Source: Octopus sinensis
Lineage: Eukaryota
DNA: 64,000 nt
NCBI RefSeq assembly: GCF_006345805.1
Contig: NC_043001.1
Span: 5,580,001 to 5,644,000, forward strand
Direction: 5' to 3'
Below, one piece after another: positions 39,837 through 54,000 of this stretch. Position numbers and translations under genes: made by a program. Positions within the stretch are counted from its first letter, which is position 1. Every line of letters begins with the position of its first letter. Under the pieces are notes generated by a model. It saw only the letters and a list, made by a program, of their open reading frames with translations. It ran no database searches and was not told the DNA's origin.

Positions 39837-41170
39837 ATTACATATATGCCCTCATATGAGAAGTATGAAGGACCGAATGAATGAATTAACGTATATAGGT
39901 ATCCTTGTATGTATGTGTGTACGTGCGTATATATGTAAGTATCTATGTACATTCTTTTCACTTTTTCCTATTGCGAACAAATATACTTAACGATATTTAT
40001 TCTTTAAAAAAAGTCTGTAAAATAAATTTGGGTAAGAAACAAACAATGCCACACATTTATTAAATGTTCCGATATTCCAGTAACATTTACCTTCTTCCAA
40101 TCTATTACGTCTGTTCGGTGAATTATATTTTTATGAACTGAACTGGAAACACACCAAATATTGCATCGTTATGGCAATAGATATATTCTACTTTAATGCA
40201 GTTCACACAAAATATGTTTTACCTTTTCCAGAATGTGGCCATGCTAGGGCAACGCATTGAAGAACTTTTAGTCGATCGAATCGAACATAAAACTTTTTTT
40301 CCCCCTCCAGGAAAAGTTATTGCTCTCTTATGCCGAACCACTTGATTACAGCGAGGTAAACACACCATCACCGGCTGCCAAGTGGCGGTTGGGCGCCACA
40401 CACATGTATTCAAACACACCACGTACATATATACATACACACATATGTATATACATTATACATATATATATATATACACACACACATACATATATACATA
40501 CACATACTATACATACATGCGTACATATCAATATATATATATATATATATATAAGAGTTAATAGTGTCATTGAGACCCAAGGTATCAGGTAATGCTGAAT
40601 AGTGCTATAGAAAGACCATAGTTAAGTTCCAGATTCGGAAATATTGCGAATAAAGAGTTCAATCTTTGTTCTATGTCGCGTGTGGTATATATAGAATTTT
40701 TTGCGTAATAAGAGAAAAAAAAACAAGTCTCTATAGGTATTAGAGCATTTATAGTAGGTCTTACACGTTCTATCTAGAAATGCTCTAATATCTATACAGC
40801 CTAGATTTTTTAAATCTTATTACGCAAAATTGATATATATATATATAGGTACAGGCCATCAGCAACGGTTCAAACAACATAAAATACGGGAGAAAACGAC
40901 AAATGATGGACAACAGGACAAGTAAACACGGAGAAAGGACCATTCACGAATTGTCCACTCTCTGTCTACTCCACATTTTGAATGCTCGAAATGAGGAATA
41001 GAGAGACGGCCGACAACTGATGAAGGGTCGTTTCTCTGTGCTTACTTGTCCGTAGGCACAGCAGCCGAAACATTCTGTTAACAATAAAGAAGATGAGGAC
41101 AAATTCCGTCAAAGATAAATAATGTAAATAATGTACATTATTCCTCTTCTCTTAATATAGAACTGTACTA
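38384..41170. repeat. Approximately 1.45-kb tandem duplication (38384-39720 / 39842-41170) bounded by (TA)n
   Basis: Both units start TATGCCCTCATATGAGAA and end TAATATAGAACTGTACT or TAAATATAGAACTGTACT; differences are mostly 1-nt indels. Confidence 0.95.
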
Positions 41171-41224
41171 TATATATATATATATTATAATATATATATA
41201 TATATATTATATATATATATATAT

Positions 41225-41258
<34 letters not shown>

Positions 41259-41307
41259 TGTATGAATGTATTTATATCTATCTATCTATATTTTATTTAG
41301 ATAGATT

Positions 41308-41345
<38 letters not shown>

Positions 41346-42385
41346 CCGGTAAGTAAGGGGTTGGATAGATAGGTAGGTAGGTTGGTTAGTAGGTCGCCAG
41401 GTAGCTAAGGAGGTGGGTAGGTAGATAGACAGACAGACTGACAGACCGATAGACAGAAAAACAAAAATGATGAAGCATAACAACGGGGAATTTTTTAAGA
41501 GGAGAATATCAAGGTATAGTTTGGAACATATTTGAAGTTTAAAATGCAATATTGGAGATTTTGCTTCCAGGATGAATTGTTTTTTCTCTTTTTTCTTTTT
41601 CTTTTTCCAGTACCTTAAATCTAACATTGTTGCCTGGTGTTCATGGCAACTAAATGACCGAGAATAGAATGACACCCTGATAGGAACGTCAGTCCATCCC
41701 AGGAAAGGAGGGGATAAAGATTACATTGATGCTAGTACTTGACGAGTACCTTAAGTTATCCACTCCGAAACGATGAAAGGCGAAGCTATTCAAAGTATTT
41801 GAGCTCGGAATTTAAAGAGTTGGAAGAAATGTCAATAAATAGTTTGTACATCGTGCTAAGTTTTCCGGTTGCCTGCCGCCTTGTTTGCTGGTAATATTAG
41901 TCATTAGTCTATTATATTAAAAGCTGAGTAACCAGTTGTATTATAATTAACTTTAGTAAAACCAAATTAATGAAACCTGACAAATTATTGATTTAAATGT
42001 AAAATGTATGTTGCTGGCTTAATAATTAAATCATTGCGTGTAATGATAGGCAATTAATACTAATTAGAATTAAATAGTTATATCACTCAATTGGATTGGA
42101 ACAATCTCGACTGTCAATTCTACCTTTATCAGTAACGATAGTATAGCTTTTATGCGACGGCATTAAGTTGCGAAACTATGATATATAAACATCAGCTACT
42201 GTTTCTCCGAAAATACAATCCTAGTTACTAAAAAAGTATTCTTGTTCAAGTGATTCCTTTCTTGTAAACAGAATTTTAAAAATAATTTTCCGTGTACTCG
42301 TTTCAGTCTTTTAGACTACCGCAATGATTGAAGAGCTTCGGTCGAAAGAATCGCCGCCAGTATATATATATTTTACAGTCTGGCA

Positions 42386-42527
42386 CAGATCTAAATTTTA
42401 AATGATGAGAAATTATGTACATTATGTATATTCGGCAGATATTTGCCCTCATCTTGTTTGTTGTTAACATAACGTTTCGGCTGATGTACTCTCCAGCCTC
42501 CATGAGGTGCCGTAGGGAAATTTCGAC
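42386..42527 (-). mobile_element. Family D tail with a degenerate hammerhead (42466-42511)
   Basis: Minus strand: GGCAC CTCATGG A GGCTG gagagtacat CAGCC GAAACGTT ATGTT, then the family D tail. The core has two substitutions relative to CTGATGA. Confidence 0.55.
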
Positions 42528-43020
42528 TTTGTTGAACCGCTAAATAATGAGGTCGTAAGTACACCGACGCAGTTGTGAAATGGTGGTGGGGAACAAACGT
42601 AGACGCAGACACTCACAAACACACATACACGGAAGCATGCAGACACACACATACAAACATACACACACACAGTTTTTAATATATTTATAGATTTATATAG
42701 GACTGGGCACTTTGAATTCCCGTCAATCAAATCGGATCACAGAGTGTTTGTCGGTCCGAGGTTTTCGTACAAGACACACATCGAAATTTCTACGAAATTG
42801 GACAAAAACAGTAGCCATTTGGTTGGGAAGCAAACTTCTTGCCAAACTACCAGTCCTGTGCCTCTTTATTGGACACCATGCCAGTGCAGAGAGCCAGACG
42901 CTGACCCCTATTTAGATAGATATGATTTTCTAAAAATGTTACCTATTTTGAAATGTTAAAGCATACAAAACTTGAATGTTTCAAATTTGCTATGACTTCA
43001 AAATCAGACTTATTGCAATA

Positions 43021-43124
<104 letters not shown>

Positions 43125-43480
43125 TGTGTTCAAATTTAGATGTAGAGAGCTGAACAAGAAATGTAAACAGTTTTCTGAACTGTCTACAAATATTTGATGA
43201 TTATTGGAGTAGAAGAGGACAACACATCAAAACATGTTTTGTTCAGAAGTCACGAGTGTAAACACGGAACTAAATTGTATAACAATGGCAAACTAACGGA
43301 ATTGTTGAAAGAGGAGTTCTTCACTACTCTTGGAACATAATTGACAAGATTATATTATATTCAAGGAAATGTCATAAGATTTTTATTATTGAAATTTTGT
43401 AGTCTATTGTTGACCTCAATTATCGAGTATTTAAAAGGCGCTAATTGTCACGATATATATATATATATATAATAATATAT

Positions 43481-43561
<81 letters not shown>

Positions 43562-43572
43562 ATATATATATA

Positions 43573-43616
<44 letters not shown>

Positions 43617-43642
43617 TATATATATATATCTATGTATATATG

Positions 43643-43673
<31 letters not shown>

Positions 43674-44208
43674 CTGTATTTGGGCGCGTTTATGTGTGTG
43701 TATGCTTATATGCATATATAAAATACATAAATGTGTCTATACACATACATATACTTCATGGGACGTATATGTGTGTATGGATATATATTTATGTATGTGA
43801 TTGAGAAGCCCATTGCGGTTTTAATACCAAGCTGCACCCACACAATAAGCTGCTGAATAACATTCATTTTCATTTCAGTTTCACCCGGGTCTACCATAAT
43901 AATATTTTCTGAATGAGGCAGACGTCTCTGAACGACGACCAGTATGCCATTTGATTCTTATCAATTCACATTGTTGTGTCTCTAATACTGTCTAAAAGAT
44001 GACCGACCTTTATCGTTGAGGAAATTCTCGTTTCACTATCACAGGAAGATTATTCAACCTACGTGCCTTTGAACAGGGCACGTAGTTTCGTTTTCTGTCA
44101 GCAATGCAATTTTAGACAGCAGTAGAATTATACAAAATTGTTGGGGAGATGTTGATGGATGGTAGCTTTGGTTTTAGCGTACGTGACACTACTATGGTGA
44201 ATATGGTA

Positions 44209-44588
44209 AGCGTGGAGGAGGAAATGACCCAATGGTTAGGGCAGCACTCGCGGTCGTAGGATATCGGTTTCGATTCCCAGACCCAGTGTTGTGAGTGTTT
44301 ATTGAACTAAAACACTTAAAGATCAACGAGGCTCCAGCAGTAGTTGGTGGCGAACCCTGCTGTACTTTTCACTACTACTTCCTCTCACTCTTTCTTCCCG
44401 TTTCTCTTGTACATGTATTTCAAAGGGCCAGCCTTGTCATGCCGTGTCACGCTGAATCACTCCGAAACCTACGTTAAGTGTACACGTCTCAGTGGGGTGC
44501 TCAATGACTTGCACGTTATTTTCTCGAGCAGGCTGTTCCGTTGATTGCATGAAATGGAACCCTCGTCGTCTTAACCGATGAAGTGGCA
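44209..44588 (+). mobile_element. tRNA-derived SINE family C, near full length
   Basis: A-box-like CAATGGTTAGG and B box GTTTCGATTCCC; body homologous to 48712-49150. Confidence 0.85.
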
Positions 44589-44736
44589 TAGTAATAGGAT
44601 AAGACAATCACATTGTCTAAAGATATCACTACAACTGTATGACTGCAACACTAGGGGTTGCAGAAGGAGAAATTAAATAGACACAAATATATTACAAAAC
44701 TTTTATTGGGTAGTTAATACGTATAAAATATACAAA

Positions 44737-44907
44737 GGCGCAGGAGTGGCTGTGTGGTAAGTAGCTTGCTAACCAACCACATGCTTCTGGGTTCAGTCCC
44801 ACTGCGTGGCATCTTGGGCAAGTGTCTTCTGCTATAGCCCCTGACCGACCAATGCCTTGTGAGTGGATTTGGTAGACGGAAACTGAAAGAAGCCGGTCGT
44901 ATATATG

Positions 44908-44942
<35 letters not shown>

Positions 44943-45160
44943 GTGTGTGTTTGTGTGTCTGTGTTTCTCCCCCCAGCATTGCTTGACAACCGATGCTGGT
45001 GTGTTTACGTCCCCGTCACTTAGCGGTTCGGCAAAAAGAGACCGATAGAATAAGTACTGGGCTTACAGAAAGAATAAGTCCCGGGGTCGAGTTGCTCGAC
45101 TAAAGGCGGTGCTCCAGCATGGCCGCAGTCAAATGACTGAAACAAGTAAAAGACTAAAAG
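44737..45160 (+). mobile_element. tRNA-derived SINE family A, full length
   Basis: Near-identical to 21814-22270. Confidence 0.9.
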
Positions 45161-45428
45161 AAGGGAGATTTCTAGATAAATGCTGATAGAATTAAGGTCA
45201 GAATTTAAATCAAAGCCATAAAGGAAAATGGGTAGAATATACTTATTTTATGTGTTATTTTGATGTTTTTCTTTTATTCATCTAGTAACGCTTCTTATTT
45301 AATCGGTTAGAGCTCCGTCGCTTTCTTACTCCAAATCGGCGGCAATTAAATTAAATTAAATTAAATTAAATTGAATTGAACAGAGTATACAAGCCCATAA
45401 GATGATAATTGGTAGAGATAAAACCTGA

Positions 45429-45830
45429 GGCGACGAGCTGGCAGAAACGTTAGCACGCAAGGCGAAATGCTTTCCGGTATTTCGTCTGCCATTACGTTCT
45501 GAGTTCAAATTCCGCCGAGGTCGACTTTGCCTTTCATCCTTTCGGGGTCGATTAAATCAGTACCACTTATGCACTGGGGTCGATATAATCGACTTAATGT
45601 GTTTGTCTGTCCTTGTTTGTCCTCTCTGTGTTCAGCCCCTTGTGGGTAGTAAAGAAATAGGTATTTAGTCTCTCACTACGTTCTGAGTCCAAATTCCGCC
45701 GAGGTCGAGTTTGCCTTTCATCCTTTCGGGGTCGATAAATTAAGTACCAGCTACGCATAGGGGTGGATGCAATCGACTAGTCCCAACCCCACCAATTTCC
45801 GGCCTTGTGCCTTTAGCAGAAAGGAAAAAA
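45429..45830 (+). mobile_element. tRNA-derived SINE family B (full copy 45429-45665 + tandem partial copy about 45675-45830)
   Basis: GGCGACGAGCTGGCAGAA head, GAGTTCAAATTCC B box; homologous to 50781-51018 and partial copies at about 20450, 24230, 34380, 50250 and 53090. Confidence 0.9.
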
Positions 45831-47589
45831 AACATATGTCATTTCTACTAATCTGGACAATGTATCTGACTTTCAGATTAACCCGTTCTTATCACACCAG
45901 ATGATATTTTTTACTATTTGTATTTCTGCTGCTCCTTGTTTCTGACAGAAATGTTGTAGGCAGGATTAATAATATAAATTTCCTATTTAAACCTACTTGG
46001 AGCTCAATATTTCACTGTAATGAAAAGCTGTTTCATTAAATATTTGACTTTTGGTTGAATAGTTCTGATATTTGAAGCTAAATATTCTCAAGTAAGTTAT
46101 TAATTATATACTTGAAGCGATTATTAATTGTGTGGATGTGGTATAATGAATCGTTCTGTTTCCTTAAATGCTTAGAATTTGAAGTAGAGATGTTAAATGC
46201 TGCATTATCCCTTTTTACATTTCACTGCATCCATATATCATCTAATGTATAGAATCTCTAACGACTATAATTGATAATGTCATTCTTAACTTGTTTAAAA
46301 CTTCAAAGCCCTCTACTAACTTACAAATATTTAATGAAGTATAATTTTACAATAATGGAAACTTAATTTTTTTCGTGCCCGGAGAATACTGAATACAGCG
46401 AACTGGCACGGATAAGAATGTCGAATACTGAAGGAGTTACAGAAATAGGAAAAGAATCAGAAAATATCATCACCATGTTTCTATCATCAAAGTAAATATC
46501 TTTAAGCCGAAAGTCAGGGTTTTCTCCATTTTATTAGCAATTATTTCTATTCTTGCCGAAATTCCACAATTCTTCCAATCTACAATATTCACATTTTCTG
46601 AACACAACGAAATGCAAGAATACTTTTGTGAATTTATCAATAAAAACAGTTAGACATCAAAGTATAAACGCGTGGATAACCGTCTTCTATCCATACCAAA
46701 AATGCAGTCAGTAATAAACCAAACGCGCGCACACACACATACACACACACATGCACACATACACGCGCACACATAAATATACACGCACGTATCATGGAGT
46801 AGTCTTGGTGAAGAATTATGTGTTATTACGTTAACGAGACTTTTGTGTGAGGTTGGAACAATGCAACGGGATATAAATTAAACTACCAAAAAAGAAAAGA
46901 ATAAATGAAGCTGGTGATTAACTTATATTACTAAATGTTGTCCTTTATTCAGTACATCCTTATCGTAATCCCACGATTTATCTCCCTTCTTTTTCACATG
47001 TCCTGAAGAAAGCGTCAGCCTCAAAATATTGAAACATAATCCAAAATTCCAACTTCCTTTTTTTCTTGTTTTAGATTAATTTATGTCGTCTCACATTGTT
47101 CCGTCCTTATCCAACAAGTCATTTCAATAAATCGACTGCTTTTCTTCCAACGCCCTTAAGCACTGCAAACCAGCAAAACCAGTCACACACCGAGGAATCC
47201 CAAAACTAAAACAGAAAATTCTTTCTTGATATTTACTTCAAAGTTAAAGAAGTGTTCTTAAGGGTGCAGCAGAAAATCCTTCCGCATGTTACGAGGCCTC
47301 CGGTGTTGCGCTGTTGCAGAAAAGCTCGAAATATTGGAGCCTTCCGGTAGCGAATATCTTATTATGAATATTTATTGAGTTACCATCATAGCAAAGTATT
47401 CATATTGAGATTTGAACTCGGGACGGCATTCGTTGGAATGAATAAGTTTAAGTATTTCGTCCATGCTTCGACGGTATTTTTCAATGGGAAGCTGCAAGTA
47501 TTTGGTAAGAAGAAGGGAAAAAATAGCATCAGATTGGATTCCAATTGTCCTTTGAATATTTCATTCTGTGGAGTTAGCCTCCCTTAGAA

Positions 47590-47880
47590 AGAGAATCGCC
47601 ACACACACACACACAGTGACAAACTGCACACACACATACACATACACTCACCATATACACACGCATCAACACTGACACACTACACGCACACTCACACACA
47701 CACACACTGGCACACTACACACATACACACACGCACACACTACATTCACATGCACAGTGACATACTACACACATACACAGACGCACACACTATACACGTA
47801 CACTCACACTACACACTACACAACAGATCCACAGCACACGCACGAACCTGCATATGCACATAAACACATTCATTCGCCCA
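47590..47880. repeat. Degenerate (CA)-rich micro/minisatellite (CACACTAC-like)
   Basis: Directly visible. Confidence 0.85.
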
Positions 47881-48711
47881 TACGCGTGCCGCCCTCCGGC
47901 CACCAGTTAATGTAGATCCCATTTCTTCTAATCCAATAAATATATCGTATTTATATTTTCGTTTCTTTTCTAGGCAGAATAGGACAACAATGAAGATATT
48001 GCATAGAACTAAACAACATTACTTATAAGTTTGTTTCCAGTCATTAAATCTGATAGAATATATCTTTTGGTGTTCTGGAGACAAATATTCCGAAAAACAA
48101 TCTTTATATGAAATTTGGAATCTATTCTACAGTTTATCATCCAGCATTTATGCTTGGATAAGGATTTGCGATACATCAACATTCAGCGGATGGATCCACC
48201 TGGATTCCTTCTGCAGTTCCGTTTCCACTGAAACAAGTACATTCAAAGACATCAGACAAGAAGAGCATGATGACCAACGAGAAATCGTATAAAAATCCCT
48301 TATTTCAAATAAGCAACTACATGCTTGAATGACGCTTCCTTTATGCTACGGTTCTCCTGCGTCATAGAATATAATTTACAAATGCTGGCCAGTTTTTATG
48401 AAATCTACTGAAGCAGTAAACAGCCACCTTTTTTCTGATCACCTCCCGATGATATCTTGTTTCTTATATTATCAGCTTAGATATTTTTACTTCTGAATAT
48501 CACACACACACACACACATATACACACAACATATATTTCAGATATATCACTCTGGTATTCTCATAAATCTTCGATCCTCCTCATTACGAAGATTATCATC
48601 GATGCTTTAATGATAAGTTATTTAACTGGAAGTAAATATTTTCTTCAATATTTTGTCTTACTATTAATAAACCAAAATTAATTCAAGCGGCTATTTACGT
48701 TCATGAAGATC

Positions 48712-49250
48712 GTGGTACTCCGTCGGTTACGACGACGTGGGTTCCAGTCTGGTCGTGAAATTAACGTACAAGTGGCTGAGCATTCCACACACACGTGTAT
48801 CGTTAACCTAGTTCTCGGGGAGATTCAGCGTGACACAGAGTGTGACAAGGCTGGCTTTTAAAATACAGGTACAACAGAAACAAAGAGTGAGTGAAAGTTG
48901 TGGTGAAAGAATAGAGTAGGGTTCGCCACCACACCCTGCTGGAGTATCGTACAGCTTTAAGTGTTTTCGCATAATAAGCACTCACAACGTCCGGTCTGGG
49001 AAACGCAGTTTCGATTCCCAGACCGGGCGCTGTGTGTGTTTATTGAGCGAAAACTCCTAAAAGCTCCACGATGCTCCGGCAGGGGGGTTGGTGACCCCTG
49101 TTGTACTCTTTCGCCACAACTTTCTCTAACTCTTTCTTCCTTTTTCGTGAGTAACACTACGATGGACTGGCATCCCGTCCAGCTGGGAGGAACACATACG
49201 CCATAGAAACCGGGCCCATGAGCCTGGTTAGGTTTGAAAAGGGCGACCTT
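48712..49250. mobile_element. Two SINE family C copies joined head-to-head (minus 48712-49002, plus about 49008-49250)
   Basis: CCGGTCTGGGAA (48991-49002) mirrors TTCCCAGACCGG (49015-49026); arms pair over about 130 nt. Confidence 0.85.
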
Positions 49251-49740
49251 TATCGTTATATCGCCCACTGATACTTCACCGAAATGACCGCTAACATCAA
49301 ATAAAATATCTTTTAGAATAAATCAGGGACGAAATGTTTTAATTGGCCACTGCAAGAGGCAATACTGGATTTCAGCTGTATTGCTCAGATTGTTCGATTC
49401 TTTCGTTGAACTTTCATCAGTCATTGACAACAAAACACAGCGTTTAGTATTTTCTGTTTTAATATTTTCAGTAAGGTGTGATACAATCATCAAAATACCC
49501 CATCCTTTTAAATAATGAACATGATACATTAGTTCGTTTTTGTATTTTGTGTGCAAGATCCTTAATGTGATTCGTCTTTTGAAACAGACCGTGTCGTACC
49601 TTGGGACGGACTTAAGGGAGACCTTGAGGAGAGGAAGGATGTCATTGATGAGGTCACGAATAGCGAAAAATGACCTTTGCGACCAACCGGTTATTGTTTA
49701 ATCAACACATTACACAAACGATTGACTAGTTAATTGGTTA

Positions 49741-49985
49741 GATATTTAACCAGTTGATTGACAATAACGAAGTGAAATTTAACCCGTGCGTGTGTTTATT
49801 AGTATTAGTGTAATGACCCCACCCCAAGACACAAGGTGGATATAATATGACGTAAAAATAACTTAGGATATTTAACCAAATGATTAACAATCAAGAAAGG
49901 ACATTGAACCAGTGCGTGTGTTTATTATTATTGATATGATGACCTTCCCCAACACAAAAAGATGGATATTATAGGACATGATTAT
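49741..49985. repeat. Two imperfect tandem copies of an approximately 125-bp unit
   Basis: GATATTTAACCA...GTGCGTGTGTTTATTA...ATGACC...GGATAT at about 49741 and 49868. Confidence 0.75.
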
Positions 49986-50780
49986 AGCATAATCATATCA
50001 GGATATTAGTATGCTCTAGCATCAAGTAACACCAAATATTGCATTTGCTAAATCTATAAACAAGACTCGGACTCTTGTGAGTCTCATCAGTCAAGTGGAG
50101 AAAATCTGACTCAGCCGAAACACAAGAAGGCCGAAATACAGTGGTTTCCCAACGTCCCCTTTTACCAGTGAATTGCAATAGTTGTGAAGATATATCGTCA
50201 AAATACAGAGGGTATTCTCTGACAACAATAAATCAGAATTTGTTTTCTAAATTTTGCTACAAGGCCAGTAATTTCAAGGCAGAGCATTTAAATTTTATCA
50301 ACCCCGAAAGAATGAAAGGTAAAGTCAACTCGACGGGTTTCGAATTCAGAATGTAAGAAGGACAAAATGCCGATAAGTATTTTACCAGGAGATCTAATCA
50401 TTCTGCCAGCTCGAAGACTTAGTATTAACTGAAATATTGGTTTCATATTTTGGCACAAGGCCAGCAATTTTAGGGGAGGTGGTAAGTCAATTAAATGAGG
50501 CCTAGTTCTCAGTCCGTATTTATTCTATCGACCTCGAAATGGGGAAAAGCAAAATCGACTCCAGCGGTAAGCACTTGAACCCAACAGTAAATGAAATACA
50601 CCATAACATACTAAGAATGAATTGAAACCATATTGTTTGGATTCTCACTGTTCTCTGTGCACTCCATGTATTTTATATATACATGTTCGCCAGCTAAAGT
50701 ATTATTGTTGTAGTGGTCTCCCTTTCATAGAATGACACTATAGCAAAACTGGGCTTCTCTGCTCAGTTTGAATTCCACAT

Positions 50781-51018
50781 AAATACCTATTTCTTTACTA
50801 CCCACAAGGGGCTAAACACAGAGAGGAAAAACAAGACCAGAAAAACGGATTAAGTCGATTATATCGACCCCAGTGCGTAACTAGTACTTATTTAATCGAC
50901 CCCGAAAGGATGAAAGGCAAAGTCGACCTGGGCGGAATTTGAACTCAGAAGGTAGCGGCAGGTGAAATACTGCTAAACATTTCGCCCGGCGTGCTAACGA
51001 TTCTGCCAGCTCGCCGCC
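50781..51018 (-). mobile_element. tRNA-derived SINE family B, full length
   Basis: Reverse complement of 45429-45665. Confidence 0.9.
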
Positions 51019-54000
51019 CTATTCCACAAAAATAATATTTGTTTCACCCTCTTTCTAAATCTGAAACGCATCATGATTCTCTACAATAGTTCAGTTTTGG
51101 ATTGAATTACTGTCACGTGATTAATTGTGGTTACATAAATGGAAGATTAGAAGTCATATTTGCAGTGGTATTATTCTTATTGTCGTTGAGGATGTTATTA
51201 TTGCTGCTATTTTCAGTTTTCTTTAGCCCTAGGTCAGATCCGCTTATACAAGCTGTGAGAGCTGTGAAAATTAACACGAGATTTAACGCCATTACTCGGA
51301 GGTTTCCTGTTTGTTTGATTTCATTGTGTTTTGGAAAGCAACACCGTGAACGACTAACTCTCTGCCAATCAAGATATGGTGCAGTGAGCCATAGTATTTC
51401 TGAGTTCGATCGGAAGTTAATGAATTGAAAGGACGTTTACGTTTCCAACAGTTGAAACAGGGCCACCGCTTTTCTGTCATAATCGGTTCCAGATTCCTAC
51501 TCATCAACAGATGGAATTCGTCAATAAGCTTCACGTAGCCGTCTTCAAGCATTATCAAACGTTGTACGATCTTGCATAAACTTTACTACGTTAGACGCAA
51601 AGCATACAAACATTTGTTGTTTGGTTTATTATCGTGTTTAATATTTATTAGAATTACTTGAGTTTTCTGAGTCATAAACATGATAAATCTTATTACATTA
51701 GGCAGAGAATGTTAGAATGTCATGTTTGTCTCGCCGTGAAAAACTCCTGATTTTCATTTAAGTGATTGATAACATTTGAATCGATAAAAATGCTATGAAG
51801 AACAAATTTCAAGATATGACTTGATAAATAAAAAAAATAAAACAAATATATATATATCATCATCAGAGATTGCTGGCGTCGTACATGAAGACGACGTTCA
51901 AGAAGCGATTTAATGCCTTCTATTTATTAACTGCAGCTGTACTAAAATCGGTGGCAACTGGACTTGAAACCACGTCCATCAGATTGTTTGCTTTACAATT
52001 TATCACATCTGCTCCACTTCTGCACCTGCGACGTAAAGGAAATAAAAATCCCGAAATGATCTTATACAAAGCAAACATTTAAAACAGATTATAGTAATAC
52101 ATAATTTAAATATCAAAAGTGAATACGAACTTCATAAAAAGTGTATTACGAAGAGTAATATGGTGACTATTTTATTTGCCTATTTTAGAGTATTTATGGG
52201 GCTGGTTACTTTTTGATCCTCTTTATCTTAGTTTGGAATCTTCTCGCAGATATGAATTTCTGGTGCCACGAAGAAGTTTCCAACACACAAAACACACCAA
52301 CCTAACAACACACGTATACATATCTAAACATGAAATTATAAGAAACACGTATGTTCACATAGAGACAGAGGTGTACGAAGCGACACACGGATTCACACGA
52401 ATACAAGAGAGAAGGGTGGGGAGGGTTCAAGAGATCGAAACAAAAAAAGATAAAACGATAGCCAAATGAAAAAGAAATTAATTAAAAGAAGAGGCATGAG
52501 GAAGAAGACGAAATAAACTGTATCTTAATTACTGGTGTATGAAGACTGTTGGATATTTAGCTCCATGCTATTACCAAAGTCTTCGTTCTAGTTTTTGCAA
52601 AGAATTCAAAGAAATAGTTTTTTTCTTTATTCACCATTTCTTTCTAAATTGTTGCTTTTAGCTTTGTTGTTTTGTATTATTTTTTTTGTGCTTATTAATT
52701 TATTATTGCTGTCTTGTTGTTTTGTGTAAGGATTAGCACTCGTTACCTGAGGCAAAGAACTACTTTGAAAATATTTGATGGAGATTCCAAATTAATTACA
52801 AATTACAGAGTGTCTAAAACAAAATATCAAATATTTAATGATATTTATCATAATGTTGTTAGTGAAAATAGAAATCATGTACAGCATCAATGGCAGTAGA
52901 AGCAGTAGGGGCAGCAGGAGCAGCAGGGGTAGCAGGCGCAGAAGGAGCAGAATCATTACCATCGTCATTGATGCCGTCTGTGCCGCTGCCGCCGCCGTCG
53001 TCGTCATCGTTGTCGGCATCATCATCATCATAATCATCATCATAGTAATTTATGTAGCGATAACAAAAATTAATAGAATTATTGTTTTCAATTTATGGCA
53101 CAAGGCCAGCAATTTCAGAAGCGAGGTAAAAATATCCAAATCCTTTACATCGACCCCTATTGTTTAAGTGGTAATTATTTTATTAACCTTCAAGGAGGAA
53201 AGACACCTCGCTGGAAATTGAATTGTGCGGCTAGCTGAGGACTCTGCTAACTCACCGCAGTGGCGGTATATGATACACTGGCATAAGGGTTAAATCGTAA
53301 CGAATACTGGAACAGACTACATGTTAAATCACAGCATATGCACACAAGGTTGTCCCAAATATGGTCAGAATGAATCTGGAGTTCCCATTAACCATTTTGG
53401 AAACATCCAAGCCCCGGTTTGAATTATTCTACAAATACATAAACTTTGAGAATTTTCTATTTGAAAAGTTCGTCCTGGTGACACATCAGCGGTAGAAGAC
53501 GGGTCTTAACTCTCATCTTCAACTAAAGGGTATATTTGAAGACATTGCTTTTGGCATTTCTTCTTAGAGGAACATGAAAATAACGGCCAGCAAGAATGCT
53601 GCATGCGTCGTTCAAGGTTTTCATATGGATATGAATCTGAGCGAATAATTTAAAAGAATGACCCTCTCGCTACATTCGGTATTCGGAAACAAGTATTCTT
53701 GAAGGTTGAGCTTTGTGTCACTATTACATTATAGCCTGATCCTTGCATTGTCATTACTTGCACCTGATCAGATTTTAAGCCATTTTCGTTTCAGGTGCAA
53801 ATGTTATTTTACTTTTCGGAGGAAAGTTTCAAACCAATAGCACCAGTTCCGCTGAGAAGATGATTTCAGAGACTCATTAGGTGTAAGCAAGTCTTTAATC
53901 TCAGACAGCAACATTAACCGTTATTCAAAGAATGTAAGCATATTTCTCTATCCTCTCTAATCTAACATTTCCAGCACTTTGCAATGATTATGGAGCTGCA

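Noticed and set aside
46998-47040. CTGAAGA...GAAAC hammerhead-like motif
   Set aside because: Stem II and the GAAA position do not fit; too degenerate to support.
50050-50094. Minus-strand CTGATGA-GACTC/GAGTC hammerhead
   Set aside because: GAAA is replaced by CGAG and there is no clean cleavage site or stem I; at best a decayed relic.
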